Source of the DNA: Vicugna vicugna | Taxonomy: Eukaryota | Reading direction: 5' to 3' | DNA: 64,000 nucleotides | Assembly (NCBI GenBank): GCA_013265495.1 | Contig: MU058669.1 | Location: forward strand, 602,056 to 666,055 | Shown here: piece after piece, positions 24,678 to 38,104 of the stretch | Numbering within the stretch: position 1 is the first letter of the stretch | How the letters are laid out: every line of letters begins with the position of its first letter | The notes under the pieces: generated by a model | Databases searched by the model: none | The model's input: only the letters and a program-made list of their open reading frames with translations | Told to the model about the DNA's origin: nothing | Translations under genes and position numbers: made by a program

Positions 24678-25365
24678 TTCTTCCCACCAAGTCAAAGAGC
24701 GTGGCTAAGCCAGGATGAGTTACTGGGCCTGGCTGTCCTGAGTGGGTCAGCATCAAGTGGACGGCTTAGTCATACAAACCCTGCATACTTTCTTTCGTCT
24801 GGTCCACCCTTGCTGGGAATCACCCAGATCTTTTTCCCCCTGGGTCTGGACCTGCCCTTTGAGACCTTGCCTCCCACTCTGCTCCCATGGATTCTACCCC
24901 AGCCCAGAGCTAGTAACGTCAGCGTCAGACGTGCGATCTACTCCAAACCCAGATGTGGGCCATGGCTATTTTATGTGTCGAAAACAAGTTGAACCAGCCG
25001 CAAGATTTCCTGATTCTGGATGGCAGGGAGTCCCATTCCAGTCACCCCTTGGGTCCTTCCTTGTCCCTGGAATGTGAGGAAACGTCCCGAGGTCTTGTGA
25101 ACTTGGGGGTTGCTCCAACCTTGTATCCACACGCACGGCTGCTGCGTTCCTTGCCCAAGTCTACGGGATCTTGAAGGCGCTGGCTCTGCATTTTCTACTC
25201 CAAGCTGGCCCACGGGAGTCAGCCTCTCAGGATGTATCACAAGACATTCCCTCTGATTTCCCAGCACTTCCCAGCCCTGCAAGGGACAGGTGGCACCCAC
25301 AGGTGACTTGCTCCGCTAAGCCCTGGAGGGCATTTTCTGTCACTTTCTTCTCTCCTTCTGCTCCT

Positions 25366-25491
25366 CTTTTTTTTTTTTTTTTGGAGTGGAGGAGGTAATT
25401 AGGTTTATTTATTTTTAATGGAGATATGGGGATTGAACCCAGGACCTTGTGCATGCTAAGCAGCAGCTCTACCACTGAGCTGTACCCTCCC
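25366..25491 (-). mobile_element. Vic-1-like SINE
   Basis: ggggattgaacccaggaccttgtgcatgctaagc...tctaccactgagctgtaccctccc with poly-T and ggtaattaggtttatttatt tail. Confidence 0.9.
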
Positions 25492-25562
25492 TGCTGACTC
25501 TTTCTGCTTCTTAAACCCCCAAACTCACCTTCCTCTCTTCCTCTAACAATCCAGAGGAATCC

Positions 25563-25949
25563 TGTTATGGACTGAATTGTGTCCCACAGCTAAATTCCTA
25601 AGTTGAAGCCCCTCCCTCAACCCCTGCCCTGGAGTGACTGTATTTGGAGATGGGGCTTTTAAGGAGCTAATTAAGGTTGAATGAAGTCATTAGGGTGGTG
25701 GCTTAATGGCATCCTTATAGGAAAAGAAAGAGACACCTGGGATTTGTGGGCACAGAGAAGAGGCCGAGTGAGGATACAGGGAGGAGGCGGCCATCTGCAA
25801 GCCTGGGAGAGCGGTCTCATCAGAAACCAGCCCTGATGGCACCCTGAACTCGGACTTCCAGCCTCTAGAACCGTGAGAAAGTAAGTTTCTGTTGTTTAAA
25901 CCACCTCATCTGTGACATTTTGCTAGAGAAGGCCTGGCAGACTAATACA
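25563..25949 (+). mobile_element. MLT1A-like (MaLR) solo LTR
   Basis: tgttatggactgaattgtgtccc...gtatttggagatggggc...ggccatctgcaagcc...ggacttccagcctctagaaccgtgagaaa...gactaataca. Confidence 0.85.
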
Positions 25950-26357
25950 TCACCTCATTGAAGTTAGGCTTTTCCAAAATAGAAGTCATTTTTTTTCTGA
26001 TAGCCTCCCTGCTCTTTCCGTTTATCCAGAAACACCCATGGCCCTGAGGAAAGGGGCTGTGCTGTGAGGTGACGGTCAGTGATGGAGAAACACCTGTGCC
26101 TTATCTAAATGGCACCCAGAGCCCTGTCCACATCTAATTCATCATCCTGACATTTTAGCACTGGTTCTGTTTGCAAACACACGGCTATCCTGGCGCTGAC
26201 TGCATGTTGCCCAACGTGCCCCTTTAAGGACGTGAGTGCTCAGAGCTTCCAGCTCCCCGCTGGGACTCTCTTCATGTCCTGCCATGATGACAGAAGAGAC
26301 ACCTGTGAGGATAAAACCCTGGAGGTAAGCAGGGAGGAAGAAAAGAATTTTACATGT

Positions 26358-26880
26358 CAGTGTTTTCCAAAATACTTTCCATAGGGCCGTTGGTAGTACC
26401 CAAAGGACTTCTGTGATGTAAGACTAGGGAACTGCTGGGTTAAGCATTTTTTGTTGTTTGTTTCACATCAGGTTTTCACAGAATCTTTAATGGCTCACGT
26501 CCACTGTGAATCTCTAAAGGGAGTTCACATATGCAGTATTTCCCAAAGCTAGAGGATCACTTAGCTATCTTTTCACTGAGCATCTTGTAGGTTCAGTGTT
26601 TGGTAGACCCCATTATTTTTTGTAAATAAGTTCATTTGTGTCATTTTTAAAGATTCCACATTTAAGTGATTTCATATGATACTTTTCTTTCTCTTTCTGG
26701 CTTACTTCACTTAGAATGACAATCTCCAGGTCCATCCATGCTGCTGCAAATGGCATTATTTCATTCTTTTTTATGTCTGAGTAGTATTCCATTGTATAAA
26801 TTGTATACCACAGCTTCTTTATCCAGTCATCTATTGATAGACGTTTAGGTTGCTGGTGGACCCCATTTTGGAAACTGCTG
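26358..26880. mobile_element. hAT-type MITE interrupted by an L1 piece
   Basis: Imperfect TIRs cagtgttttccaaaat (26358) and attttggaaactgctg (26865-26880). Confidence 0.55.
26615..26853 (-). mobile_element. Short L1 3'UTR insertion lacking the normal 3' terminus
   Basis: Matches the internal part of the L1 at 55872-56330; 14-bp TSD tggtRgaccccatt (26601-26614, 26854-26867). Confidence 0.85.
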
Positions 26881-29149
26881 ATATTCGATAAAGAGTTATG
26901 AAACCTGGAAAGGATGCTTGAGATTAGTTAGTCAGAAGCCCTTGGATTTAAATTAGGGGAAATTGGGGCCCAGGGAGGTGAAGGGACTTGTCAGGGTCAT
27001 CCAGCTGATGGAAGAGCCAGGGCTAGAATCCAGGTCTCCTGATTCCCAGTGGCGTTTTTATTTCCACACCCAGGCTGAGGAAGCTTACTGGAAATTGCTG
27101 CCTCTTGGGAGTTACAGACAGGCTTCCAGCCTTGACCTGACTCCTACTCGGGAGCAGTGCTGGCTTTGTGGTGCTTAATTCTGTCAGTGAATGGTCTGGA
27201 AGGATACTCAGCATCTTCTCTAATTTTTTTTTAAAGGAAGATATTGTTTGATAAATCAAATCCAAATCTATTTTATCCAGCACATTTTCTGGTGAGATTG
27301 AAGGCCTAAGGGAAATTTAATCCCATGGTTCTGACTGATCTTCATTTGAACTCATCTGTTTTCATTCTCCATGTTGTTTCCCTGGCCTCAGCCCTCTGAG
27401 CTTTCTTCCAATCTCTCTTCCCTCAGAAGCAAGTCATTCTATTTGGGAAGATGGAAAGGTTCCCTACCCCTAAGTGTCATGACCCCCTCCAACACCCCTC
27501 AAAAAAAACCTGGACAATTTTAATAACCTTTCACAATGGAGAGTTTGTGTCAGAGGGCTGCAGAGAATCAGAAGAGTGTTTGGGACAAGAGAATGGAAAT
27601 GATTAATGGCCCCCAAAATCAGGCCTGGGAAGACTTAGAATGATTCAGCTAAAAGATGGTCAAGGGGTGATTTAACAGTCTTGGCAGAAGAAGAGCAATT
27701 GAAGCCTGGAGACCAGTTCCTCCAAGAACAGAAGAGGAAGGGAGGGCCTGAAACTGTAGCATGAACGAATTAGGTTAGACTGATGGGAGGATTTCTTGGT
27801 TGTGATGGTCTTTAACACATCAGAGTGTATATGAAGGATTTAGAGAGAGGCCCACGGGATGCTGGGAAGATCACAAGCTCTAAAGGCTGACATTCTCTGT
27901 CTAGTCATGCTCCTTTTGAGATATGCAAACGTGGGTAAGAGATCGACCTTGAGACCCTGTTGTCTGTATCTGAAAAAGCAGAAGTGACACACCCACCTCA
28001 CAGCATTGTCAGGGGTATAGGATAATATATGCCACGTTCTTGGCCCATGTGAGGGTCTCAAAACTGGTGGTGCTTAATATGATGATGGTCCTAATGATTA
28101 CGATGAGTGATCAGTGAGCATTGGTTCCCATTCCCTTACCCTTACAGTCTCACTGGGGATGAAACCCCACACTTCTAAATTATCCAGTAACCAAGGAAGG
28201 GGCAGTTACTACCTGGAGTGCTTGAAAGAGCTATGCTTTCTGGGCATGAAACCTCCTGGGGGAAGATATGGCCTCACTGATACTGAGATTATTTCAAACC
28301 AGGAGCTAATATTTAGAAATATTCTCTCACATGGAATCATTACATGCACAGATTATTTGGGTAAATTCTTCCTGAACGGTGATGTGGGACTGCAGTACAA
28401 AAAGACCTGAATACAACTAAAGGTAAGTTTTTCCGGTCAGGGAAGATCCTGGCTTTGGTGGAGGAAGTCATGGGTAGCCAATGGCCCCCCACTAGCAGAT
28501 GTGTGGGACATCTGAGAGGTGCTGCATTGGTTTTTGCTTTGCATGACCACTTTGCTTTGGCTTCAGTTTCTGATTTGTTTTAGCAAATACCCAGAAATTT
28601 TCCATGGATGTCAGTGTGTGGAGTCTCTTCCTGCCAATACATAGCCCACCTGAAAAATGCTGTCTCAAGTAGCTAGAGAGGGCAGTATTAGGTAAGGGTC
28701 ACAGTGAGTCATAAGCAACAGACTGAATTAGAGGAGGATGAGATCAGGATAGAGAAATCACGGCAAGCTTCCTGAAGGAGGGGGGACTTTGCCTAAACCT
28801 TAAAAGGAGTGATAGTTCTTGGAGAGGCAGAGGTGATGGGCAAGAGGCTGTTTAAATGGAGAGACAGCCTGGACCAAGCTATGAGGCTCAGAATGAGCCA
28901 GTGGTAAGGAACGATCACGTGGGTGCCACTGGGAGATGAGTAAGAAATCAGGCAGCTCAGATGGTTGCGGCAGCTTATTGAGTCTGTGGAAGTCACGCCA
29001 AATGTGGCATTTGAACTTGATATCCTAGTCAGTGAACTAGTGAAGGTTTTTCACAAGGAAACAGCATGACAAAATGGGCATGACTCTGTCAGACACACTG
29101 AATTTTTAAAGTGCTGAGTAGAAAATCTACCAAACCTAGAGAAGAAAAT

Positions 29150-30780
29150 CAGGGGGAAAATTCAATTATAAAAATAATTTATGTTCATGGTTTAACATTT
29201 TTAGAAAAATATAGAAAATACAGAAGAGTATACCAAGAAAAGAAAGTATCTATAGTTACCTACAGTTCTGTGAATAACCTGTTACTCACAGACAGTTTTC
29301 ATTTGCTGTTGTTTTTCTTACTTTCTTTGACTTAGTTTTTACATATCTGTGAATAATTTGTGTATGTAAAGTGTATATTTTCAACTTTGCATGTTTCAAA
29401 AATGTAAGTGCTTTTGCATTATTTTGAACTCTTCATGAGTATAATATTTAATGTCTCATGATATTCTAAAATACACCAAACCATTCCCTGGTTGCTAGAT
29501 ACGTCTTTTATTTTAGGATTTCTATTTGTAATAAACATGATATGGTAAACATTTTGCATGTGGAGGTGTATATTTATTTGTTTTGAAATACTACCCAAAG
29601 TAGAAATATTGCATCAAAGTGTATAAATAAATTAAAGAATTTAAAAAGTTTTTGAAGAATATTGCAAAATTGCTTTCCAAAAGGATGCTATCCCTTTACA
29701 TGTCTTTTAACAGTGTTTGATCATGTTTGTTTCAATACCTCTTGCCTTTAGAGCACTGTGTGTTCTAAATAAAAAAAACTTTGCTAAATTGCAAGGTATA
29801 AATATTTTAATTTTCATCTCTTTGATTACTTGTAAATCTGAATATTTTTCCATATCTTTGTATGTTATTTAAACTTCTTTTATGAATTGCTCACTGATAC
29901 CCTTTGGCCAATTATTTCTATTGGAATTATGGTATTTCCTTATTACTGAGTCTGAGTGAGCACTTTATATAGTAATGATGTTTAATAGCTATTTTTTCTG
30001 ATAAGATTCATCTTTTAAAAAACAAGTCAGAAGATGAAGATACATTTTTAAAAAATAAAACAAATAATCAGTCATAATCCGACCACCCAGAGATCTGCAC
30101 TGTTGATGTGGTTTCGAATATCTTTACGGATATTTTTCTCCTGGTCATATATGTGCATATAAATAGGAGCTTACATCAAAAATGAGAGGAGTGGGACCAC
30201 AATTCCCAAGTTATTTTGTAACTGCTTTGTTTCAGGTAGTAGACTGTAGACACCTTTTCCACGCCAATAAATGTACCAAGATCTACATTATCATCTTTAC
30301 TATTTGGGTCGTATTTCATTGTACTACCTTGTTTATTTGTATATCCTTTGTTTATTTGATCAATCTCCAGATTAACTTGTATGTTGTTGAAAGTTTCCTT
30401 TTTTTTTCTATTGCAAACATATCCATAGTGAATATATTGTAGTTGTAACCATATGCGACCCCACTCCTATTTCCAGAATACTTCTGAGGAGTGAAATTGG
30501 TGGGGCACAGGGTGAACATATTTAATGTTTTGACGTGTATCACCAAACTGCTCTCTGTGAAGTGTTAAGAACCCTCACTTCTGTCCATCCATCACGGTGT
30601 GTTTCCCACTATATCATCAATTCTGAGTTACTTTCACAACTTTGCTAATCTGATAGGTGAAAAATAAGTTTCTTATTTTTATTTCTGTCTTTTTTTGTTG
30701 TTAGAGACATCAAGAGACTTTTAATTTACCAACTAGCTGTTTCATGTTTCATTGTCCATAGGTGGTCCAATTTTCTTTTG
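29150..30780 (-). mobile_element. Highly decayed old L1M (L1MC/ME-like) fragments
   Basis: AT-rich; gcaaaattgctttccaaaagg, tttgctaatctgataggtgaaaaata and gaggagtgaaattggtgggg resemble reversed old L1 3' regions. Confidence 0.6.
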
Positions 30781-32341
30781 GGATGTTTATACTGAGAAAT
30801 CATTTTCTATAAACTACATTTACTTTTCTAATAGTCAGTTCTATCAATTTTTATCCCTATGAACATTTGATTTTTTTCCCCCTGATTTTCTAATTAGATC
30901 TGAGGAGGTATGTTTTGAATTACCTTCTTGAAATCTGGGGAGAACATGGTTTTGTTGGAAGACAGAGGAAGGCTGATAATTTAGAGATAAGAATAGAAAC
31001 ATTGTGCTGCACATAGAGCATAACAGAAGATTAGTTTGAACATTTTCTGGTTTCTAGTGCCTTTTTCTTTTTAAAGTGGCACCTCCATTCTCCTGGACAA
31101 AAAACATGAAAACAGTCTTTTCATTTGTGCTGCTTCATTCCATATATTCAGTGGGTCAGCTTCTTCAGTTTCTTCCTTTGAGTCATATCTTGGATTTGAA
31201 CTTGGTTCTCCTTCTTTTTCCAGCATCACCTAGTTCTGGATTATTGCCACACGTGCATGTGTGTGTATATGTATGTACACGTACAGCTCTAGGAGGGCGG
31301 ATCTTTGATCATCTATTGACTGCTGTATCCCAGCACTTCAAACAGACCTTGAAACTGAGCAGGGGCTCAACTGATATATTTTGAAGTGAAGAGATGGGCC
31401 AGGAGAAAAGAATGGCTAGTTTAGTTGTTTTACTCATCAAGGACTGCTCTCTCAGGAAGAAAGCAGTCTGTCTACCCTCTCTCCCTCTGACCATCCATTC
31501 TTTATTCATGGGTGCCTGAAATCCCTTGTGAAAAGAGACAAGTTAAAAAGTGAATTAATTGCAGTTATTAGCTAGAACTCTGTCCATAATAGAAATAGAC
31601 TTGAATTAGGTCAAATAAAGGCGGGGGGGACTTACTGTAAGGCTGATGTCTTCACGGACATCAAAGGCAGAGATGCAGCTGGACTGTAGGAAGGGACTGC
31701 AGAATGAAGATGATGAGATTCTTTGGTCTCTGGACTTTTTTCTTTTCTGAATATCTGCTTTTGTCTATTATTTTTATTAACCCTAAATACTAGTTTCCTC
31801 TTCTTCTTGGACCACAGGGATGCTAGCTTTAACCATGGGACGGTTCCTGAATTTGTATCTCCTCTATTCAAGGGACTAGCCTAGACTGGATAAGAATCTC
31901 TGTTTCATTTCCAGACTTCCAAAAGAAAAGGGCCAAGCAACTGTGAACTTGGGAGCAGGGCCACATTGTAGAAGCATGGCTTGTGGGAGCTGGTGGCCTG
32001 AGGAGTAGTTAAGGGGACCCTGGGGTGTCTGTAGACACTATGAAGTGGTCCACAGTTACTATCATGAACTGGGCAGTGGGCTGCGTGGGACAAGCTGTCT
32101 TTATCAACCAAACTCTACTGAGCTTTTCCCCTTGGAATCGTCTATCTAGACTCTGTCCCTTTTGGTCAAGGATTTCACAAGAACATCCCAAAGAGAGAAA
32201 ATGTTTTTAGGACTAATGAAATTCCGAGAATATGGGACTACATGGGAAAACATGAAACAGTTAACACATGAGCTTTGGAATTAATGGTAACTTTTCTTAA
32301 GGACACAGCTCTCCACTGTGTTTAATTATTCTCTTGCTAGC

Positions 32342-32481
32342 TGGGGTTGGCAGACCTAGCTGTTCTGGGAAGTTATGTATGTCCTATGCAACATTTAGGA
32401 CATACTTGTACAGAAGAATATTAATTGTTTGTTTGAAATTACGATTTAACTGGGTATCCACTATTTTATTTGGCAATCCTA
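32342..32481. mobile_element. MER53-like palindromic hAT MITE, left arm partly deleted
   Basis: tatgtcctatgcaacatttaggacatacttg...tttaactgggtatccactattttatttggcaatccta. Confidence 0.7.
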
Positions 32482-35400
32482 AGCCTAACATCATTAATTA
32501 TATTTGGAGAGGAAGGTTTGAGTAAATTGAAATCAATTAATCATATTTTTGAGGTTCTGGTGTTTTGACATTGCTCAGTAAACTAGTGTGTTGGGGCATT
32601 AAATTATAAATCATTCATTCCCATAGGTACATATTCCTAGAAGGCAAGCTGAGGGCAATGCGAAAAAAAGGACAGATCCATAGGGTAAATATTAGAACTG
32701 TGGCTAAACACTTTAGTGTTCCCTTTTCTACCCTACAAACTAAACAAACCAACCCTCAGAAACCCCGCTCAGTTATGCCTGTACTTTTACCATTAGAGAT
32801 TTATTCTTTTGGCTTAAAGTACCCTGCCTGCATCCTGAAAAGATGAATATCTACTTAGAAAGAACAGCAGCAAGTCTCATCAGGCATTTCATACCTCAGC
32901 AGGGTCTTTCAGTGATTAAGTAGTATAGTTCCAGTTGCTTTTTCTTCCACCTACAACCCGTCAAAATTAATGATTCTCCCTTCTACATTCTCTTAGGTTC
33001 GTTTATTCATTCTGTAAACCTCTATTGGGTACTTACTATTTATTGAGTATCTGGTATTTTGCTAGACACAGAGTAGAGAATTATGCTCAAGACATCCTGG
33101 CCCTCGCCTATCAGAATTCTCAGCACTATGCATGAGGACCTATAGGCCAGGGGCTCCTCAGAGTGAGAAACAGGATTTACTCCTCTCTGTAAACCTGGCT
33201 TCTAGCGTAGTATCACACAACTGTCAGATTGAAGCCTGGTGCTTGAAGAGTTCAAGGGGAAAGCTTTCAGAAAGTGTGGCTAAATGGGCTGAAGATACTT
33301 TGGCCCCATTCATGATTTGCTGATAAGCTGACCCTTTCTAGAGGGTTGGCTGCCAATCAGTCTCACATCTCAGCCCATCATCCCTTTGAGTGTCCCAGAG
33401 TGATGTGGGATTTTCTTGCTCACAGGTAGGCTAGCATTGAGCATGGCAATGTAGGGAGGGACTTGGAAGTGAAGTGAAGAGTCTCTAGGGAAGAAAAGCC
33501 ATTACCTTGAAAGCAAGGCTTGGACTACTGTTTCCTCTAGGCCAGCAGCTGTCTTGGAAAGTGTCTGGTGACTCAGACTTGGCTTGGAGTGGCATTTTGC
33601 CAAGTATTGTATTTTATATACTACAGGAAAGGCAATTCACTTTTTCTGAAGGTGTTGATGGCTGCTCTGATTTCTGGGGAGAGTTCTCTACACTCATGAC
33701 AGTTTGACTCCTTCCCTCCGACTGCTCCCTCCTCCATCAAAGCATCATAAACTTCCAGAGCTGGAGGGAACTTTGGACATCAGAAAGGCTAGCCCTTTTA
33801 TTTAGCTGATCAGGGTAAAAGGGTTTAGAGAGGTGAACTTACTTGCCTGAGGCCATGTAGGAAATTAATCTTTTGATTCCTAGTCCACTAGGAGACTTCG
33901 TTGTCTCCATTATGGTTTATAAAGTTTTAAATTATTTTTTGCATAAGAGTCTTTTTTTCAAATCAGTCATATGAGGGATGCATGTAGACACATGCATATA
34001 CATACACACATATACATGTACATGATGCACACACAGATAGGGGTGGAGTGACTCTGATTAAAGTAGGGGTAATGGCCAGCTCTATCATTCTGATTTTCCT
34101 TTCTTTCCCTTTGGAGCACCTCCAAAGACTACGGGAGCATTGGGAGGACCCACTACCCGCTAGTGTAGATAACCACTATACTATCCCATATTGTATTCTA
34201 ACTCTGACCCTGAAAGGTTTTCTTTCACAAGAAATCTAATAGATTTCTGGCCAGAATCATTCTAAAATATGAGAGTATACTAGGCTTGCTTCATTTTGTC
34301 TCTAAAGCAACTCAGAAATCTGGTGCGGGGGAGAAATTACAGACAGCCAGGAAGATGTCTAATATGGTTTGGGAACCAAGAGGGTGATGGGAAAAACTGT
34401 CATCCCCCAGCATAGTTGAAAGATGAAGATAACTTGATCAGCGTCTCTGCATCCACCCACTGCTTTTCAGCAGGAATACAATCTAGTTTCCTTCCTCCGC
34501 GTTTTGTGTTTTTATACTCAGATTTATGATAGATAGAATCGTCAAGTGCGCTTTAATATAACAAGATTTCTTCCCAAAGGTAAATACCAAATACAACTAT
34601 TTCTACCACTTGTTAGTGATAAGGAAGATGGAAGAAGACACAAGATGCCTGCAATGATGAAAGTCTTTAGAGCATCTTTCCCATGAGTGCAGGACACAGC
34701 ACTATGTATTTAATGATTACATTTCTGGACAGACTCCTTTATCATTCATAGACCCAGGCAGACATTTCTTGTCTTCTTGGCAATTCCTAGATCCTGTCTG
34801 ACCTAACAAAGATGGTGGCTCCCCTTGGCTTGAGACATTCAACTTTTTAGTTTTTTCAAAAGCAAATTGCTAATAGATGATTATCAGTATAATAGAATCA
34901 GAGAAAGGGAGTAAGATACTCTTCAGAAGGTATTATTTATACCCGCCCAGGCTCCAAGCTTTTGCTATCATGCTAACAGATGGGCCCATCTTGCTTTTCA
35001 GTCTTCCCCTGGGTTTGGTATCTGAAGGATTTTTCTGATTAGAAAAGATATTTACATATTTAAATGGAACATCCTTTTAGCTAAATGCAAAGACCACTGG
35101 GGTTATGAGCATAGCAAAGCTCTTCAGTCTGAGATCAAGAGCTATCAGTGCCATGCAAGACATTTTTGCGTTTAGATTTTCTCTTTGTCCTTGAGGTTAT
35201 TTTCAGATGATGTCAAGAATGTTTAGCCAATCAGTTAAAAAAAATCACCTTTTAAATATATACCACCCCAATCCTAAAGCAAGAAGGGTTGCATGTCACC
35301 AGAGATTATCTGTCCTCCCATCTCCACCCAAGATCTGTGCTCTGTGGTGCCCTTGACTCTTGTTGATTTAACATAGGATACCTGCTACCTATTAACCTAA

Positions 35401-36139
35401 ATACCTATTTGTCGTACTAACCTCATGACTGAACAAAGCAAAAATATTTCTGCAAATGCTACTTGAGTTACAGGCGAGTTTTAAAGTTTTATTTTCCAAA
35501 TGACAAGAAAGAATATTTTACTGCAACCAAAGAAACTTGAGTAACAGCAAATTCTACTCTATTTAGCATCATTAGGACTTGTGTGCAATGAATAATTCAG
35601 TAGTAACATCCTGAAGATCAGTTCATCCGGTTACAAGTGTTTGGTGGCTGTGTTCCTTTTCCGTGCTACAAGCCTGCAATCTTTGCCTGTTTCCTTTCCC
35701 CATGCTGGGAGGGAGGCTCAGTTCTGCTCAACTCACTGCGGCTGGTCCACGTGTGCTGTGAGGACTTTGCATTTCTGCTGGAGCGGCTTGCTCCTGTGGG
35801 TAGGACCTTTCCATGTACTGAATTGCTCAGTGTGGACCTTGGGATCTCTGTCCATGTGCCCTGGCTAAGCAGCCACACTCTTTGAGAGTTGGTAAAGTCT
35901 GTCACCTTCCTTATACATGATCATTGAAGTGCGTGGCCACACTCTGACCCTCCATAGACTTCTGTTGGCAGAAACATATCTCCAAACTCTTTAGATTGTG
36001 GCAGAAGAAAGTCCAGGTCTTAGTCCAACTTCTATAACTGAGTCTCATTTTTCCTACACCCTTTCTGAAGTGGCTGCCTTCTCTCCATCCTCGTTTTCAT
36101 CAGGCACCTGTTGACTGGGTGCAGGAAGTCTTTTTTGCT

Positions 36140-37263
36140 TGTGCTGAAAAAGGTTAAACAGCAGGCTTGGGAATGCGCTCCTTAGAGAGGCCTGCTGACA
36201 AGGATGGCCCTTGGCTGGTGTCTGAGAACTTGGATTTTGGGAGGTTTTCCATCATTCCCTAACTGATTCTCTCACCGTGCCTAAACTCGTTATACAAAGA
36301 TATGGTTTATGCTGCACACTTGTGCAGAGGAGCAAAACCTGCCACCCTCAAATATCTCTTTAGCATGCAGATTATTTTGAGCTGAAAACAATCAAGGCTC
36401 AAAAGACTCAGGAAGAACCTTTGACCTTACATAACTGCCTAAAGAATTTAGAGAGGGGGTCTTGTCCCAGAATAGAGCTATCTGCAAAGAATATGGGCTG
36501 GGTGTGCTGAAGGAAATTCAGCAGGGTCTGGAGATCAGAGTCCACTCTGTGTCCCATTGTCTCTGCGTGGCCCAGCAAACATTTATTTATCAAACATTTG
36601 CATCCCATCTCCATGTAAATTGCCTTTCTTCCCCTTTGAAGTCCTAAACCACTGCCACCCCCCTACACCCTCTTTTGTCTTTAGCTGAAGATGATATTTA
36701 AGGTGAGGGCTTTGACCATATTGGTGAGTTACTCAGTTTTTGGGGTCTCTGTCATGCACCATGCACACACGTTGTGAAACTTTTATTTGATTTTCTCCTG
36801 TTAATCTGTCTCATGTCAATCTAACTTTACATCAGCCAGAAGAACCTAGAAGGAGAGAGGACAGTTTCTTTCTTCCCTACACTTGCTTTCCTTCTGGAAG
36901 TCTGGAATTTTGATATATGGTGGCAGAGGTACCAACATGAGCAGTCCTTCATAAAAACCTTGGGTGCTGATTCTCTAAGAGCTTCCCTGGGAGACAACTC
37001 TTCACACTTGTCACAATTTGTTACCAGGGGAATTGAGCACATCATATATGACTGTCCCTGGGGGAGGGTTCATGGAAGCTTGCTCCTAGTTTCCTTTGGA
37101 CTTCACGCCATGTGCCTTTTCCCTTCACTCATGTTGCTTTGTATCTGACAGTAAATGTCACTGTAATAAATTTCAGCTGCGAGTACAACTATGTGCTGAG
37201 TCCTGTGAGTCTTTGCAGTGAATGATCAAGGGGGGTGTTATTGGGAATCCCACCTCCCCAACA
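36140..37263 (+). mobile_element. MER68/MER21-group LTR split by a nested LTR
   Basis: tgtgctgaaaaaggttaa...ggcccttggctgg...tatggtttatgctgcacacttg, resuming ctttccttctggaagtctggaatttt...aataaa...gctgagtcctgtgagtc. Confidence 0.75.
36323..36881 (+). mobile_element. MER34-like ERV1 solo LTR nested in the older LTR
   Basis: TG...CA ends with TSD CTTG (36319-36322, 36882-36885); gattattttgagctgaa and ttttctcctgttaatctgtc are MER34-type hallmarks. Confidence 0.8.
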
Positions 37264-37609
37264 TACTGCTGCTCAGCTCGGGCTCTAGACCCTTTAGAGG
37301 GGCATCCATCCAGGAACTGCAGGTGCTCTAACAGTTGTGGAAGTATGAGCACTCACTGCCGCCAGTGTGGCAGCAGCACTTCCCTCGTTACACTTCTTTT
37401 TAGAATTTTTTATTGAGGTGTGATTTGTATAAGCGAGATGTTCAGTTCCCCATGTTTAACTTTTGTGATGTATTTCGGCAAAAAAACCCCAGCTCCTCCT
37501 GGGCAGGAGTTGATGATGTTAATGTTCTAAAGTTAAATCTTGAGGCTTGTAGCTGGAGGTGCAGTAGAGGCTGGTGTGAGTGTGTTTGCAGTGGGTTACA
37601 GAGGGTCCT

Positions 37610-38104
37610 GGTGATGTTTCATTTTATGGGTCAACTTGACTGGGCCATGGAATGCCCAGGTTCTTCATCAGACCTTCTGGGTATATCTTTGAGGGTATTT
37701 GAGGGTGTTTCTGGGTGAGATCAACATTTGAATTCGTAGATTGAGCGAAGCAGATGGGTCTCCCCGATGTGGGTGGGCCTCATCCAATCAGTTGAGGGCC
37801 TGAATGGAACAAAAGGCTTGCCTTCTGCTTGACTGCACTGAGCCAGGACATCTGTCTTATCCTGCCTTCAGACATGAACTGAAACAGCAGCTCTTCCTGT
37901 TCTCCAGCCTGCTAGTCTTTGAACTGGAATTTATACCATTGGCTGTCCTGGGTCTGCAGCTTGTCCACTCACCCTGCAGATCTTGGGGCTTTTCAATCTC
38001 TAGAATCATATGAACCAGTTCCTTTCAATAAGCCTGTCTGTCTATGTATTATGTATGTGTGTATCTCTGTCCTATTGTTCTTTTCACTTGAGAACCCTAA
38101 TACA
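37610..38104 (+). mobile_element. MLT2 (ERVL) solo LTR
   Basis: ttttatgggtcaacttgactgggccatgg...gtgggtgggcctcatccaatcagttgagggcctgaat...gagaaccctaataca. Confidence 0.85.

Noticed and set aside
28352..34579. Resemblance of YKKT*IQLK|IYDR to the maltase-glucoamylase QFK|IYDP segment
   Set aside because: Very short match containing stops, exon size does not appear to fit, and no other matching exons were seen.
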